Shown here: positions 1-14,500 of the stretch, in pieces | Position numbering within the stretch: position 1 is the first letter of the stretch | Layout of the letters: each line of letters starts with the position of its first letter | NCBI GenBank assembly: GCA_002633005.1 | Contig: NMRA01000095.1 | Location: forward strand, 906,518 to 961,204 | Direction: 5' to 3' | From: Phoronis australis | Lineage: Eukaryota; Animalia; Phoronida | Length of the DNA stretch: 54,687 nt | Made by a program: the position numbers and the translations under genes | The notes under the pieces: generated by a model | Database searches by the model: none | Told to the model about the DNA's origin: nothing | What the model saw: only the letters and a program-made list of their open reading frames with translations

Positions 1-556
1 GCAAAAAGCTCCTCTGATCCTCTTTTTAGGGACTGCAGCCGGCATATCTTGTTTTGTAGTTACTTGACACAGCACTACCCTCAGAGGTATTAACTATGGG
101 AAATCTATATGAACTACATGATCAGATAAAATATCTTGTCTCTGCGACCGCTGACCACGAGTATCAGCCATATTCCTTTTTTCCCACACACACCCGCTAG
201 ACGTCTCTACGGTCCATGGAACAACAATGGCCGCCAGTGGCCGTCCAATAGGAATTCGCTAGGTGAAACGTCTCCCTCTCTACGGTCTCTGCTGTTAATT
301 ATAAACATTTTTAAGTTTAAATATTGCAACTTCAAAGACTATTTATTAGATTCTAACTTGAATATTTGACACGAAAGCTGAATGCAATTTACAAATGTTA
401 AGCTTAAAATAAACCTATTAACAAAAAGTAACTGAATTACTTTACATTGCGCAAGCGTGTTTTATAAAAGTTGCGCCATGTTGTTGAAAGTCTGAGGAAC
501 GTCGAGTTTTTCGGCAAAACAGATCGTTTTTGGGGTTCATGTGAGAAAACTTCGTT

Positions 557-682
557 CACTCGTCTCAGATTTATGACATGGGCACAACCTCTTGGAAATG
601 TCTTCGTAACCTCTCTGCAAGCGTCGGGATTTTGACGAAGTTTTCACGAGGTTTTGTCCATGTCATCAACCTGAGACTAGTG
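557..682. repeat. Imperfect inverted repeat (~50-bp arms), MITE-like
   Basis: CACTCGTCTCAGATTTATGACATGGGCACAACCTC vs reverse complement of GAGGTTTTGTCCATGTCATCAACCTGAGACTAGTG. Confidence 0.7.
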
Positions 683-2413
683 CAGGATTCTCTTCCAACG
701 TGTTCTCGGTAACATTTACTGAAACTGGTTTTGCATGGAGCCAGACGATCACAAATCGTTCTTGGGGAACGTAATTCTTGAACAGCGCTATGTCTGCGAC
801 TCCAAGTGTTCGTAGATTACTAACCTATTCACATCACCTCGCAGTGAGCTTCACTTAATTGTCAGGTAGATTCAAACAGATACGGACATTAACTACCAGG
901 GTTGTTATGCGCTGTTTGTAACAGGATCAGGTGATCTTGTGGCCTTTCCAAAACACACACTTCACGAATAGGGAAAAACTTCACCCGCGTTCTACCCACA
1001 TATGCCCCAAATATTTGATTATTTACCTAATTACTGGTAAACTAAAGAAAGCATTTGCGAGCACTCACACACGAGTAAATTATTTCATTATAGTCTGATT
1101 CATTCTATTGTTTATTATCGGACACCTATTCCGTCGATCGTGAGGTTTCCCTCCCCCACCTTTTACATGATTGCTTTGTTAGTCCTTATAACCATCCAAA
1201 ATTATTCCCTGTCGTTTGTTATCGGCTTAAGACGGAGGACGATCGCTTGTTTATTTTACCAAGTCTAGATTGTAAAGTAAGTGAAATTCACTGACATGTC
1301 TGGAGTATCACATAAGGCAAATGTTCGTACCCTAGGCAACCTCAAGGCTACGATGTTAGAATTTCCTTCTCAGGGTATCAATGCTAGACTCTTCCGTTAA
1401 CACAAAAGGTTGATGCCTCTCAGAAAGTCCTCGTGTGCATCGAAAGCCATATGAAACAACTCAAACTTTACGCGTGAGAACCTGAGTCTTGTTTTGGGAT
1501 TAACAAAGTTACACACTTACTTACTTGGACACACTTTCAGTGTCATCACCTACGAGCATATACTTGTTATGGTGCGGAGCAAGCCATGAACAAGTTTACC
1601 CAAGACTTCAGCGCTTGCTTGTCACAGTTCAAGATTACTACGTTGTGCGTCGGGCATATATTAAACTTTAATTTCAGTAATACATTAACTAATGTTTGCG
1701 TTGGAAGGTAAAACACAAACTGTAAACTTGCAACAAATTTTGTCTGTACAGAGTTTCAAAAATGCGTTTAAACTGTTGAACAAAATCTTTTGAACCGGAA
1801 ATAGTCTTGTACGTGCCCACATTTTGAGAACCAGTTTGATGGCCGTTATATAGTGGGTAAACTGTTTCCCAAAATTTCGGCTTGTTATATCAGAACTTTA
1901 CCTTTGAAACACGCGATGATTTTGGCAAGGCAAGATCCGGGTCTGCTCGAAGTTATCTTTGCAATTTGCCTTTCGGCTTTGAGACGAACTCAAGATAGTT
2001 GACTATTATTCTATGCTGAGAACATTATGGTTTCTGCACACAAAAATACATGTAGGCCTATCTACACTAGTCTAGTTTCGAACTTGATGATTTCAACATT
2101 CGTGTTACAAACTCCATTAAATCTTTAGATTTCGAGTGAAGACTTTAAATTTTAAGTCGAGATTCCACTTAATGGTGGGATCATCAAGTGCAACTTAGTA
2201 TTAGACAGTCATCCATATACATGTACACCATGCTATAATCGAGCACAGAACTATGGATACTTGTCACGAGTTTGCATTACAGAAGGATTGAAAACGGCAA
2301 AAATAAATTCAGGTTGGACTTCGAGTAAAAAGTTAGACCGCTGTCACTGGTAGCAGCTAAGTACGCTCTCGTTATTCCAGTACTGACACTGACAACAATA
2401 CTCATAGCTGCTC

Positions 2414-2563
2414 CTAACTTAGCTGTACGCGCCTGCTGTTCACTTGTTTTTCCAGTTGGTCTGTGAATATGTAGGCTAGATTGCCGCATTGCCCCTGGTT
2501 CGTCTTTTTAAGCTCTTCTTTCAACGTCACGACAAGCTCCTTTAAGTTGTTACCCATTTTGAA
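2414..2563 (-). CDS. GXYLT1: GXYLT-like terminal exon 7 (not in the ORF track)
   Basis: tttcag acceptor, phase 0; FKMGNNLKELVVTLKEELKKTNQGQCGNLAYIFTDQLEKQV...stop resembles the GXYLT C-terminus (LELELQKTVHTYCGKIYKIFIKQL). Confidence 0.85.
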   Translation of the reverse strand, partial: FKMGNNLKELVVTLKEELKKTNQGQCGNLAYIFTDQLEKQVNSRRVQLS

Positions 2564-5500
2564 CTGAAATGTTAGAAACAACAGCTACACGTGGTTAAGA
2601 ATTAGTCATGATGTCTTTGAGATGCTGCCTTCATTTTGACTATTTTGGTTTGTTCGTGCCGTCAAGCAATTTGAAAGTGCAACTTATGTGAGAAAAAGGG
2701 ATACGGTAATTAGCACTCCTCCTCGGTACTCGTAGACAAAAATCTTTTACTTTAATGTCCGCTGATTGAAGCCAACACGTTGATAATGTTACCGTCTATG
2801 TATCAGTTCCTGTGACTTTTCAAATTAAGAATTAATTAGATTTGGGACTTTGTCTTTATTTTCGGGTTGCACGTATAAAGCCGACTGCGCACTAGAAGTT
2901 GGAGCGAGTCCAGTCAGTAGTAGATGACGTACTTGCCGAAAGAAGAACGTGCATCAAACAAGGCGCCACCAGTGAATAATGATGTCGTGGCAGATAATGT
3001 TGCTTGCGCGCAAGAAGACAGATTTGTGAATTAGAATATTAGGCGGTACATTATGTACTTTAATCTATGATGCCATGAAAGATTACGCCTATTTCACAGA
3101 TTGATGTGCTACTCAATGTATTATAATCCCGCACGGCAAATATATAGTTTCACGGGCCGGTACCAGCGAATATTCAACACCAATATTGATGTCGACCGTT
3201 CGTCTGCTTTTTCGACTTGACTTGATATTGCACGGAAAGACTACTTCACGTGTCATTTGAAGTGCGCGCATTTGAGAGTTTAGATATTGTTGTTTTGTAA
3301 ATGAGCCAATTCTCCATACACAGAATAGCAAAAATACGTTCAAAGATGACTGTTGGGGTTAAACAGCGTTTGAACCCAATACGAAAATAACAGTCTGATG
3401 TCTCAAAATGAATATCAACGTCTTTTTATCACAACCATGTACTTCCCATATATTTCTGAAGTACGTCCATGCAATCTGAAAGCCTGCCCTTAAGCCATTT
3501 GTCTCCGTTCTTCCCATCAGAAGTCCAGTCCTGTCCTTCTCATCGACAGGCGGCGCTTCTCATTGAATGGTAAAGCCTGCTGCTGTTAGTATGCCTTCTA
3601 TACGTGGTTTATATATTTCACGCGACAATATCTTGTGACACCATAGATTATAGACAACAGATTTGCAACTCCAACATTTTCTTGCGAAGTATCCCAGGTA
3701 GGCGTCCCCCTCGTAAATTACCAATTTCAGTTTCCGGTTAGTGTATTGTTCGTTGTGGCGTAATTCCGATAGGAGAGAGGTTTCGCGGAGCGACTTGAAC
3801 CTGAATTATCACGCATTTATAATACCGCGCCCTGCATGACATTGTTGGCTCTGACGTAATCCCGATAGTGTTCGAGTATTTTACGCGAATACTGTCCCTT
3901 TAAACACGAAACATATAATCCGTTAAATTAATCTTGGTAAGACATCGAAAAGATTTTTATTTTGATAGGGTTCTTCTTTACTTCAGTATAAAACGAACAC
4001 GAAGCTTTTGTCTGTAAATGTTCTTAAAGATTAGTTGCAAGAAAGCACTTTTCCCGAAATCCTTATTGTGTAGGGGTTCGCTGGATATCATCGAACTAGA
4101 ATGGATTTTAACTGATATATGTTTGAGTTATTAAATTTTTTACATAATTGATTTACTTGCATTTATTTATTTTTAACTCCAAATAAATTTCGAAGAGACG
4201 ACCATTTTTACAGGAGTTCGTAGAAGCAATTTTTTCACATTCAACATATCTTTCTATCTAGAGGATATGTACTGCAATAACTGGACACTCTGAGTTCAGT
4301 TATTCAGTGCACGTTTACTTTCAAGTTCTCGTAAAAATATAGTTGTTGCGAAACCCATTTTTGTTACTGAATCGGCACGCGCAATTACGTTTGCGTCATA
4401 ATTTACATTCACGTCACTTTGCAAAACCCCTCTAACGTTGTCTTCCAGACACGGAAGCTTTGGCCTACTCGAGCTCGAGATTTGCAATGGTGTCTACAAT
4501 TCTAACTAGCACGTAATCTGTTACCTTGTTGAAAACATCATAGGCCTCTTTGAATAATTGCTCTTCGTCTTCATGAAATACCTGCCGACTCCCATGTAAA
4601 ACAGAGGCACCATTACACTGGACGTGTCTACATGGTCTTCGACAGTGATCAGGGCGGAAGTTCCAGTCACATCGAAAGACATACAGCTTTTCTATGATGA
4701 AGAACAAATCATTGATAAGCGGATCAATGTCTACTACCAGGCACCAAGCATTTAATTTATTAATACTATGAAATAACATGAATATACATGTATATCTCTA
4801 AGTCTTGTCGACAACTTAAATTTTGAAGTCATTTACATAGTTGGGTATGTAATCCAAATGCACCCCATGATACCGCGTCAAGCTTGAGCTTGAATCTCAA
4901 AACTCAAATTTGAGTTCAAACTCGGTCTCATAGGTTTCAGTTTGCAATAAACGAGTACTCATCTACGTGAATCACAATGTATCTGAGTACAAAGCTAAAT
5001 ACACTGAAATGCATCTCAAGTTCACACTGAAGGTAGGCCTAGCAACATTCAATGTGATATTAAAGCTATGTAGGATGATGAAATTCCAATTTTGGCCAAG
5101 TTTGGAACACCATGCGACTGTTCATAGTTTGTGTCTGCTCTCATGAAACGAAAATTTTCACCATGACATGAGTTTGTCATTTACATTGAAAGCCCGCTTT
5201 GATCGACTCATTATCCATCAACTCTAGGCAGCTCATTTCCATTATTTGTGCTGTTCATAACACAAGTATAACCAGGTGAAGATAATTGAGCACAGATTGA
5301 AGTCATGGAGCTGAAGCCAGTCTAATTTTTACCTGCGTAAATCTAGTTATAGTCAACTTATTTTTATAATTCAAACACGGATTTCGGTGACTTTTTATGT
5401 TCCACATGCTTTTGTAATAATTAATTCTTGAGAATGTGTTTTTTTCAAAACTCTGTGTTAGGCAGATTTTTGACCTTGCTCACAACGCTCGATTAAATCT

Positions 5501-8500
5501 GTGTGTGCCTAAAAACACAGTTTGAAAGATTATCGCTGACCAAAATAATTCCAGACGGCTCCGGTGTTATGCATAATAACGACTAGGGCATCTGGACCTT
5601 TCCGGAGCATTAACATCTGTAGAAGTAAGAGGTAAATCAGAAACCCTTGTAATGAACGGCTACACTACCTTACAACGAGTCAATGAATTAGATTGATTCA
5701 AGTAAAATAAGCCTAACTCATCAGTGAATCAACTCGCTGAAATGAAGTAATATCACGTGAGAGTCGACAGCACAGCGAAGGTGAAGGTCGAATATGAAAG
5801 CACAAACTTTGCTTAATGGCAATGAACCAGGCTCCATTCACCAAGAAAACCAAATTGTATGTGTAGTTCAGCTGTACCATTAAAAACTGATCCGATAAAA
5901 ATCTATAACAGATGACTATGTTTTATATGTCGTTTACTTGACCCCTTTACACTTATTTAAAAAATTGTGTGGGACTGGATCATCACTGATATCTAAAAAT
6001 AACCGGCAAGATTCAAACGGAACTTCCATATACTCTGGTTAATGCACTATGCTCCAGAACGGTGTGTGGAAATGTTTTCGAATTCTTCCATGGTTACACT
6101 TATGTATCCCAAAGATTTGGAAATATTAGGATGTCGTAAAAAACAACAAAAGTTGTATAAACCAGAAATGACACCTTAAATTAGACATTGTAACAAGGTT
6201 ACTGAGATATCCCCCCAAATATAGTACATGGAAATCAAAAGAAACCTGGTCGTGTTACTGATGCTTTTGTTTTATTAAGATTTTGTCTTTCTTTTTAAAT
6301 TTTACTAAACCGAGACGGTCGCCAGACTCAATGACAAATTGCTAAAAAGTCAAAAATCACAATCTCGAGACTTTCTCATTTCAGAAAATATATACCTCAC
6401 TGAGCTTTAAGCCAAAATTTAGAAATTCTGTAGTTACAAAGACTGACTAAATGCATCGACTTGCCTATAAAGTACCACGTAGCCTTAAATCCGGGTTCCG
6501 GGTCAAACAACAGGCGAATTCTGAGATTAAGTGCAAACGATACATTCATTCCTTTATACCAGGTTCTATAAGTCGACTTGTCGAGTCTAACTCTTTGGAC
6601 GCGGGGAAATGATGTTGCGACTAAAATATTCTACCACTTACCTTTCCAAAATCGGTATTTAATTTTTTCTTACTTTGAACATTGGAAGTGCCTACGGTTC
6701 GATATTGCTTGAGGCGAGGTTCAATAGAGTGGCTTGTATCGGGCATGCTCAAAGACTCGAGCGCCAAATAAGAAACTAGTGTGAGTTCTCCGCATGTCTC
6801 GAAATCACTTCTGATCGGAGCAGTAAAGAATGAGATGGGTCGAGATTGATGACGTCCAGCTGTTTGAACTTTTGGCAGAAAACAGACTCATAGTTTTAAG
6901 TAGTTGGCATCTAGTCACCATGACTCGGAATAATTAGATAGTCACTATGACTCGAAATAATTTGAATGTATTTTCTCTACACAGCAGCTGCAGGATATTC
7001 ATATCAAACGCAATCGTGTTCACGTTTGGATTTTCGAAATCTGTTAGCCCTGACCTATGTGTATTGCATGAACATTTAAAAGTACACGTACCGGGGTTAT
7101 CATGGAAGTATATGTTGATTAAGTCCTGATCGCCATAAAACAACTCGTTTTGGTAGATTCCGTGGTAATCAATGATTTTCTTGACGAAATTTACTTCGCG
7201 TAGTCTGGTTAAATTCATCAGGAAGATCCCCGAGTTTAGACCTGAAAAACAGTTTAAGTGGCAATAAATTCACCTTCTATCACAAAAAAATTGATTTAGA
7301 ACATTTGATCGTAAATTGTTTCTCAGTGTATTTTAATGTTGGTTAATGTTGCAGATGACTTCAGTGCATCGAAAGAACCAACGATTCGTTATTGATTGAG
7401 TCCGGGGGACGTTTTATGAGAAGTGACTTCACACATAAATTTTGTATTAAGCTCCTACTGTACGGTTGCTTAAAGAAAATCTAACCAAGTTATGATGAAA
7501 GCATTACAGTCTAGAAACACATTGTAGAAAAAATTGTGAGTGACTAGCAGTGAAGTGTATATTCTGAGATATTTTGCACTTTTGTTTAAGTGAGATTCGA
7601 TTTGTTTTCAGAAATAGTTGTGTGGAGCGTACGATCAAATTTCAAATGTAAGTGCTGAGTCACTTTTCATGAAACATACCACGTGACCTACATGCTAGCT
7701 TGTCATGGTCAGTCTGTAGCAGTTGGGATAAATATCATGATAGGATAATTAGTACAACTGCACCAGCCTTTATCAAAAAGTTCTACTGATGTTCGTTCTA
7801 CCCCGCCGGTGTGACACTTTGTTACCATGACAACTTTTAACAAAAAAATTCACTAAAACACATTTTACCATGAGAAACTCCATGAATAAATGAAAGGTGC
7901 CAATACTTCATTAACTGCACAAGCACAACTTCACAGGCAATTATCATTATGGCTTTGCATGCCATTGAAATGTTGGAATATTGTAATTAAAAACAATTAG
8001 AAGTGCAAACTAAAGCTCTAAAAATCTGTTAAACATTGATAACAATTTAATTTTTGAACTTTTTGAACTGTTTCGATGAACACAGAGTAACACAATACAA
8101 TATTGTTTTATCAATAATGACTCATTGTACAGAAATTACACGAAAATGTGCAATTTTATGCTTGGGAACTTCTAAATTTGCAAACTGAACCAATGGACGA
8201 AGTGGAAAACATCAGTTTAAGATTTCCAGGTATCAGAACCCACAGCACCTTATTTTAAAGCTCTTACAACAACGAAGCACAACGGAAATACTGTGTAATA
8301 GCGACAAATTCGAGAATTCAACAATGAGATATTATGTCGAATTCACAATCCCTATCCAACTGTTTGTTCCTGGTATGACTATCATCAGTTTTTTGGAGAA
8401 GTCATTTGGCATATTTTCGCTCGATATCAATTCCACCCCGTGGCTCCTCTTATATTTTCCCCGTTTTTTCCCATTGCACACAGCGGTGCCCAAACTATGC

Positions 8501-11500
8501 ATACTATTTGCGGGTACAGTTGCCTAGTACGCCTGCTATTGTAGGCCAGTATATTTTGCATTGTACATCAGTCAACTCGTCACCTAATCCATAATGCGGC
8601 ACCCTAGCGAAGAGGTTGTAAAAACTAGAGCCGGGGTCTTCGTTATCAGGTGCTAGGGCTGCGATTTGTGACGAATTGAAATTCTCAAAGTGCGCCCAAA
8701 CATCGTCGACTGGTCTCATGAACAACACGTCCGTATCAACGTAGAGAAGAGCATGTATGTCCTTCAGTAACAGCTGCAATGGAGAGTGGGTTATTAGAAG
8801 CGCTGTCAACACGCTGCAATAAAAAAAAATATAGTACATGGACCGCCAAATCCGTATACTTTAAATACGTCGTTACGTCTTATTCAATAGCGACACCTGG
8901 CCAAATTATCTAGAATTATTTCCGCCAAGTTCGTCGTCTGCTAGTTATGCTGTTGTATGGTCGGGTGGGAGTAGCATTGCTAAAAGTACTCGCGATACCC
9001 ACAGTTCTTCTAATGGAAGACTTCCAACAGCGTTTCAATGCCGAAATAATTATTTTTTCGTTGTTCTGGACAGTAAAGTAGGCCTAGATGCGAGGATTTC
9101 CCGTCACAATACATTAACCGGAAACTGCAGCAGACAATATTGGATAGTTCACAAGAAATTGTCGGAGTTGCGAATCTTTTGTCTATAATCTATACTGCAA
9201 TAAGACACACGGCAGGGACTGAACAATCCATTGCAAGTTTTTACAGTTGTAACAATATAGGATAGGGCTTGAAGAGTTAACAGTCGATCATTCCAAATAA
9301 ATATTAAACAAGGTTTTGTCACTATTACTAGGCATTTAAGGTTATTCCAGACCCTTGAAAAACGATTAAATTTGACTAACTGCGAAACTCAGAAATGACA
9401 TCAGATTCGTGTGATTGCTTCACACAATGTTTTATGCACTTTTCTCCAATAACGCTATGGAGACTTGTTTTTGAAACATTCCCCTTTTGTGTGAAAGGCC
9501 ATGAAAATCTCAAACGTTTCATTCGAAGAGAACGAAATGATACATTAATAGAACACTTACAGGTACATGAAAGGAAACGTGACAGTGTTACTGATACCTT
9601 TGTTTTGCTATCAATGTGCCTTTCTTTGCTGATGAATTTATTTCAGGGACATGTTCACGTGACTCAACTAATATTAGATTGGTAAAACGTCAAAATGAAA
9701 CTCTTTGGACTCTCTACTTTCAGTAAATGCATACCTTTCCTGAATATAGCTTTGTAGAAATTTAACATGCCGTTTAAGTACTATTGAGTCTGAATTACTC
9801 TAGACAGTTGCTTCATATGAACATAAATTTGAGTTACTTTTGTTATTTTTCTCAGAATTATGATGGCAAACCAATTTTTTCTTTCTACATGCAAACTTGA
9901 ACACTGAATGACATCCTACAATCATCAGGAACATGTTCTGTACTTTCGAGGTGTACCGGAACGATTCAAAATGATAAATTGATCGGATCTAGACGACTAC
10001 CTGGTAGCAAGGAACACGTGGAACTGAAGACTTACCAGGTGTATGAGTATTAATCCTGTCTGGACTACTTACGAAATTACGTTCCTAGAACCTCGAAGGC
10101 ATCGCGCCTCCATGTCCTTCAAATCATAGAACTTTAGTCCTGGAATGCCTACTCGTGGCCTAGGTATTATTAGATTTTGCGACCCCGAGACTAACCCATA
10201 CTTGTCAACCTATGTCCTATTTTATACGGATTTGATTCCATAAACGTAGACTACGAGCGTACAAATAAAGTTATACGGATTTTTAACGTCAATATTTTTC
10301 CGACGTTATAATCAATTCTACTGCAAGGCAAAATGCACACTGGTACTTGCTGCAATCTGAACCCCTCTGGATTAACAACTCCACCTTGAAAATAGCAGCA
10401 TCTGAGTGCTTCCAGGGTCATCCATTCTTGACTATAAACTTAAAAACACTCGCTCACAGCCTAAAAATGAGAGGTTGAATTTTTGAGAATGTTGACCTTA
10501 TACTTAGACTCACGGTGTACGTTCAAAGCTATGGATTTTGCAATCGCTGAATGTTGGTGTTTCCTGACTTTTTAGTGGACTTTTGTCTCGTTTTCTGCTA
10601 TTTTGTTTCTCTGAGGCGGTCCTTTTTGCCCACTTTGCCAAATGGGGGGGGGGGGGCTCGTCCGAGGACCCTGAGTCCTCCTGGGTGAGCGCATGAAACA
10701 TGAATCAACATTTGATGCATGATGAATATGATAACTGTCTTACTCACTAGTTTGTATGAGCATGTCTTTTATTGCATCAAACTATTAAAATGTCACGATC
10801 AAAATAAGTTTGGAGGTCTTATGGATTTGTTTTATTAAAATATGACGTCAATGGAGGATTATACCAGTGGAGTTGACGTGAATGCTAGCCGCGAACATTT
10901 GCACTGAGAATTTCCGACTGCCTCCCTGACTGAATTTTAATAAAGAGTTGTAGTTATCAAATCAATCTTAATTTTAATGATTCATTTTAATTTTCTTAGT
11001 ATTGTATTGACATATTTTCTTATACTTTTGCACTTTTTCACGTATAATAGCCATATTTCCCCACTCAACTAAAAGAAAAACGGGACGTTTTATGTTTTTT
11101 GCGGCACCCGCAATCTCCTATTCAACAAAAAAACCCCGTCGGGCATTTTTCGACAACTAACGCTGTTGGTAAGTCTTTGTGTGTTGCAGAAATCATTTCA
11201 CCATTACGTTTTGTCTTATACTCAAATGTCCCGCTTTTTACCATAGAGACCCGCTTTTTAATATAGTTGTTCCATATTTGCGTACTTGAATATTTCCCGT
11301 GGCAACTATGCAACAGATGTTCAAAATAACCTTGTCTCTTTTTATGGCTCTTGTTGTTTTCCAGAGTTCACGAGCAACATGATCGTGAAAATGTTTTCCA
11401 GGGTCTCTTGTTCACGGTGACACACACTACATGTACCAGGATCACTAACTTTTGCGTTCTGAAGAAAAGAGTTTATTCCTAAACTTTTAATATGTAAAGT

Positions 11501-14500
11501 CTGACACTGCAACCATACTAATGATCTATCCATAGCAGACTTCAAAGTCACGTGATTGGTGTTTGCCCAAGTTTCCTTCATCAGAAAAGCTTTATCTGCA
11601 AATTTCAGGATAGATACTTGAAGTAGTGTATCACATTTTTGTAAATGTCACAGCATTTTAAACGTTAACTGAAGAATGTAATTGTGTCAAACGGCACCAA
11701 AGGTTCAGTTAAATATAATTAAAAAAGATGTATGAATGCCTGACAAAATTATCCACCAAGTGTGACGGATCCTTATTCGAAAAAGTTTGTCTTTATAGAG
11801 TACAAAACTTTCGTGTCATTGAAAATACTTTCCTAATGGCTTAACTAGTCATTTACTTAACCACTGTGATCCACTTCCTTTTTTATCTTGCTATTACACG
11901 TCGCATTTTGGTAATACTTATGGTTTCTAAAATTGAAAAAATGTTTTTATTCTTTTAAGGTATGCGAAATGATGATTACTTATCAATTAAATTATTTTTA
12001 TCTTTTGCTTCTGGTACAGTCATCAAGAACCGACAAAAGACATTCTAATGATGTAGCTCTTAAGCAATTCGGTTGAAAAACAGCGGAGCTTTAATGGCAG
12101 TAAATTCCATAGGAAGTACAAACACACCGGAACAAACGCATGTACGCAACTCTCACGCATGCGCGCCTCAACAACAGCTAATGAAGATTGGCGGGGTCTC
12201 TTTTCTTTTGTCTTGTCTCTTGTCTCACGAGATCTCGTATGATTAGCAGCCTTACGCAAACTCTCCCTTCGAGCAGATGACACTTTGAACCGAGATCCAC
12301 TTCGTTTGAGGCCTCCAAGAGTTTGCGTGATGTTGCTAAGCAGTCGAGATCTCGAGATAAGGCAAGAGACGGCGTTTACCGACAGTCTTCAGTACCATCT
12401 TCCCTTCGAAGGAAGCGTGATGCCTCCGAGGGGCTAAGAACTGTATTTTGTAAGTAGAACAGATTTAATTCGAATGCAATGAATTTTTGCTGGATGGATC
12501 AACAATTGAATTTTACTTACGGGTAAGAACAATCTCTGAGACGCACAGGGCTTAAACAAGTTTCTCCACTTTTCTGAGTTTCTTCCTTTAGGTACAGTTA
12601 TAGGGTAAAGACGAAACACGAACTTGTGTCTAAACTGACTCGGCCACCGTTCAAGCTAAGGAGAAGAGCAAAAACACATAAAAAAGAGCTGTGCCACGTG
12701 ATTTGTGTACACAGAGGTAGATTTTGCGTGCGTCCCATCAACGTGAGAACTTCATACACCTCACGCAGCACTTCGCGAGATATCAACATGTGCTAAGAGT
12801 GATCCCACTAGCTTCCTAAGCGAGGTTCTTGCGTCTACGGAACGCACGACTGTTTTAATTTATGATTTCACTGAATGGTAATGTCATCATTGGTATACAA
12901 TCATTACTTTGTCTTAAAGAAGACACGTTTTCTGCCATTAATTGTATTGAAGGTGTCAAATGCGTACTTCACGATTGTCGAATAAACAGGCATGCCTTAT
13001 AAATTCTCAAACGTGTTACACACTTATGATGTCGACGGTTAGAGAGTAGCATTTTGATGCAACAAACAGTAAGCTCTGTTTAATACTTGTAGCTGGAAAC
13101 AGGAGTAGATTTTCTTTTAATGAATTAAGATTGTACAAAAGCACCACATAGCTTAAGTTTCCTGTACAGTCTGACCAGAAGGCAGACAGGCACGTGATCA
13201 ACAGCCTGGAAAAAAACTGTGAACGTCAATTAGACATCGCATGGGCGGTGCAATACTGAAAAATGTGGGGTTGGGCTAAAACCTGCCAGCACCCCTGTGG
13301 TGCACCGCCCATGGGAAAAGTGCGGGCTATAGCCCCCCAATCCTTTACGGCTCGCCGCACATGCACCTGATCCACTCCCATATTCAACGAAGGAACTGCC
13401 TTCTTACCATGAGAAGACTACACGCAATGATGTAACTCGTGGTTGGGCTTCTTTTCCCGGGGTGATTACAGGTGTATTGCCAAATATTGGCATTTTGTTT
13501 ATTCATGTTATGCTAATTTCTCTTAAGACGATGGGACACATTTATGGATGACTGTTAACCTGCCTTCTAATTAGACCCCGGCGTAATATCTGCTTCCAGA
13601 CAAAAAAATCACATCTGAATGTCATATCAAAGTATTTGCATAACTCGTATAATAATGGGAATCAACGAGAAAGCCATAGTTTGTTCCTGAAAGGTGAATG
13701 CCTCGACAGCCGGATGCGTGGACCATAAAAATATCATTTGAAGTCACCACGCTGGATTTCTCACATTCATAATCAAGAAGTGAAAACGTGAATAGTGGAA
13801 GCTACAAACATTGTACAGTACCAACCTCTTGCTTGAATCGAATTTGAAGACCAGGTCCTGCAAAGATATGGAAGTTCAGTGGTTTAACGGCCTGTAACAC
13901 GGCCGACTTTAACATGACCATGGCTTCCTTAAAACGGTTGCCACAGGCGACAACGGATAGGTGAATATAACCATTCTGGTACTCTTTTGGCCTCGACAGC
14001 CTGGAACAAAAGCATATTTCGTAATTATGGTTGAACAATGGGAAAGTTGCATAGACATGTAAATATCCGTCAATTACCGTAGTAGGACTGGTCTTTTCAA
14101 TTTTATCTACAAATTCAATACAGTTGAGTTTACAACTGCAGTACCCAGTCTAAGACATGCGCCATCACAAAAGACACATATACGTGTCCTTTACAAAATC
14201 GATTACACGCCAAACACCACTGCAAAAAACGAATCTTGCTACTAAATCATGCAAACCATGGTCGTTGATAGCTGACTTGTTTACTGCACTCTTCGTTGAC
14301 TCCGACTTAGTGTAAAAAATCATTTGATCGATTGGCTTAACGTCGAGTACTTCATCCTCGACATTGACAGCAGCAGATTAACAAAGTGGAACAGAACATC
14401 AGTTCAAATGAAAATGGGAAATACAAGCATGAACAGAGGAGTGGGACAATTTCAACTGAACAAAGTTGTTAACGACAGCCTACGGAAAAACCAAGACTTC

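Noticed and set aside
3562-3800. ~79-codon stop-free minus-strand frame after an AG inside the last GXYLT intron
   Set aside because: Wrong phase for exon 6 and no recognisable homology.
4296-4524. GXYLT C-terminus by read-through (..LELE*) or frameshift into the 4296-4487 ORF
   Set aside because: A better homologous terminal exon with the conserved CG exists at 2414-2563.
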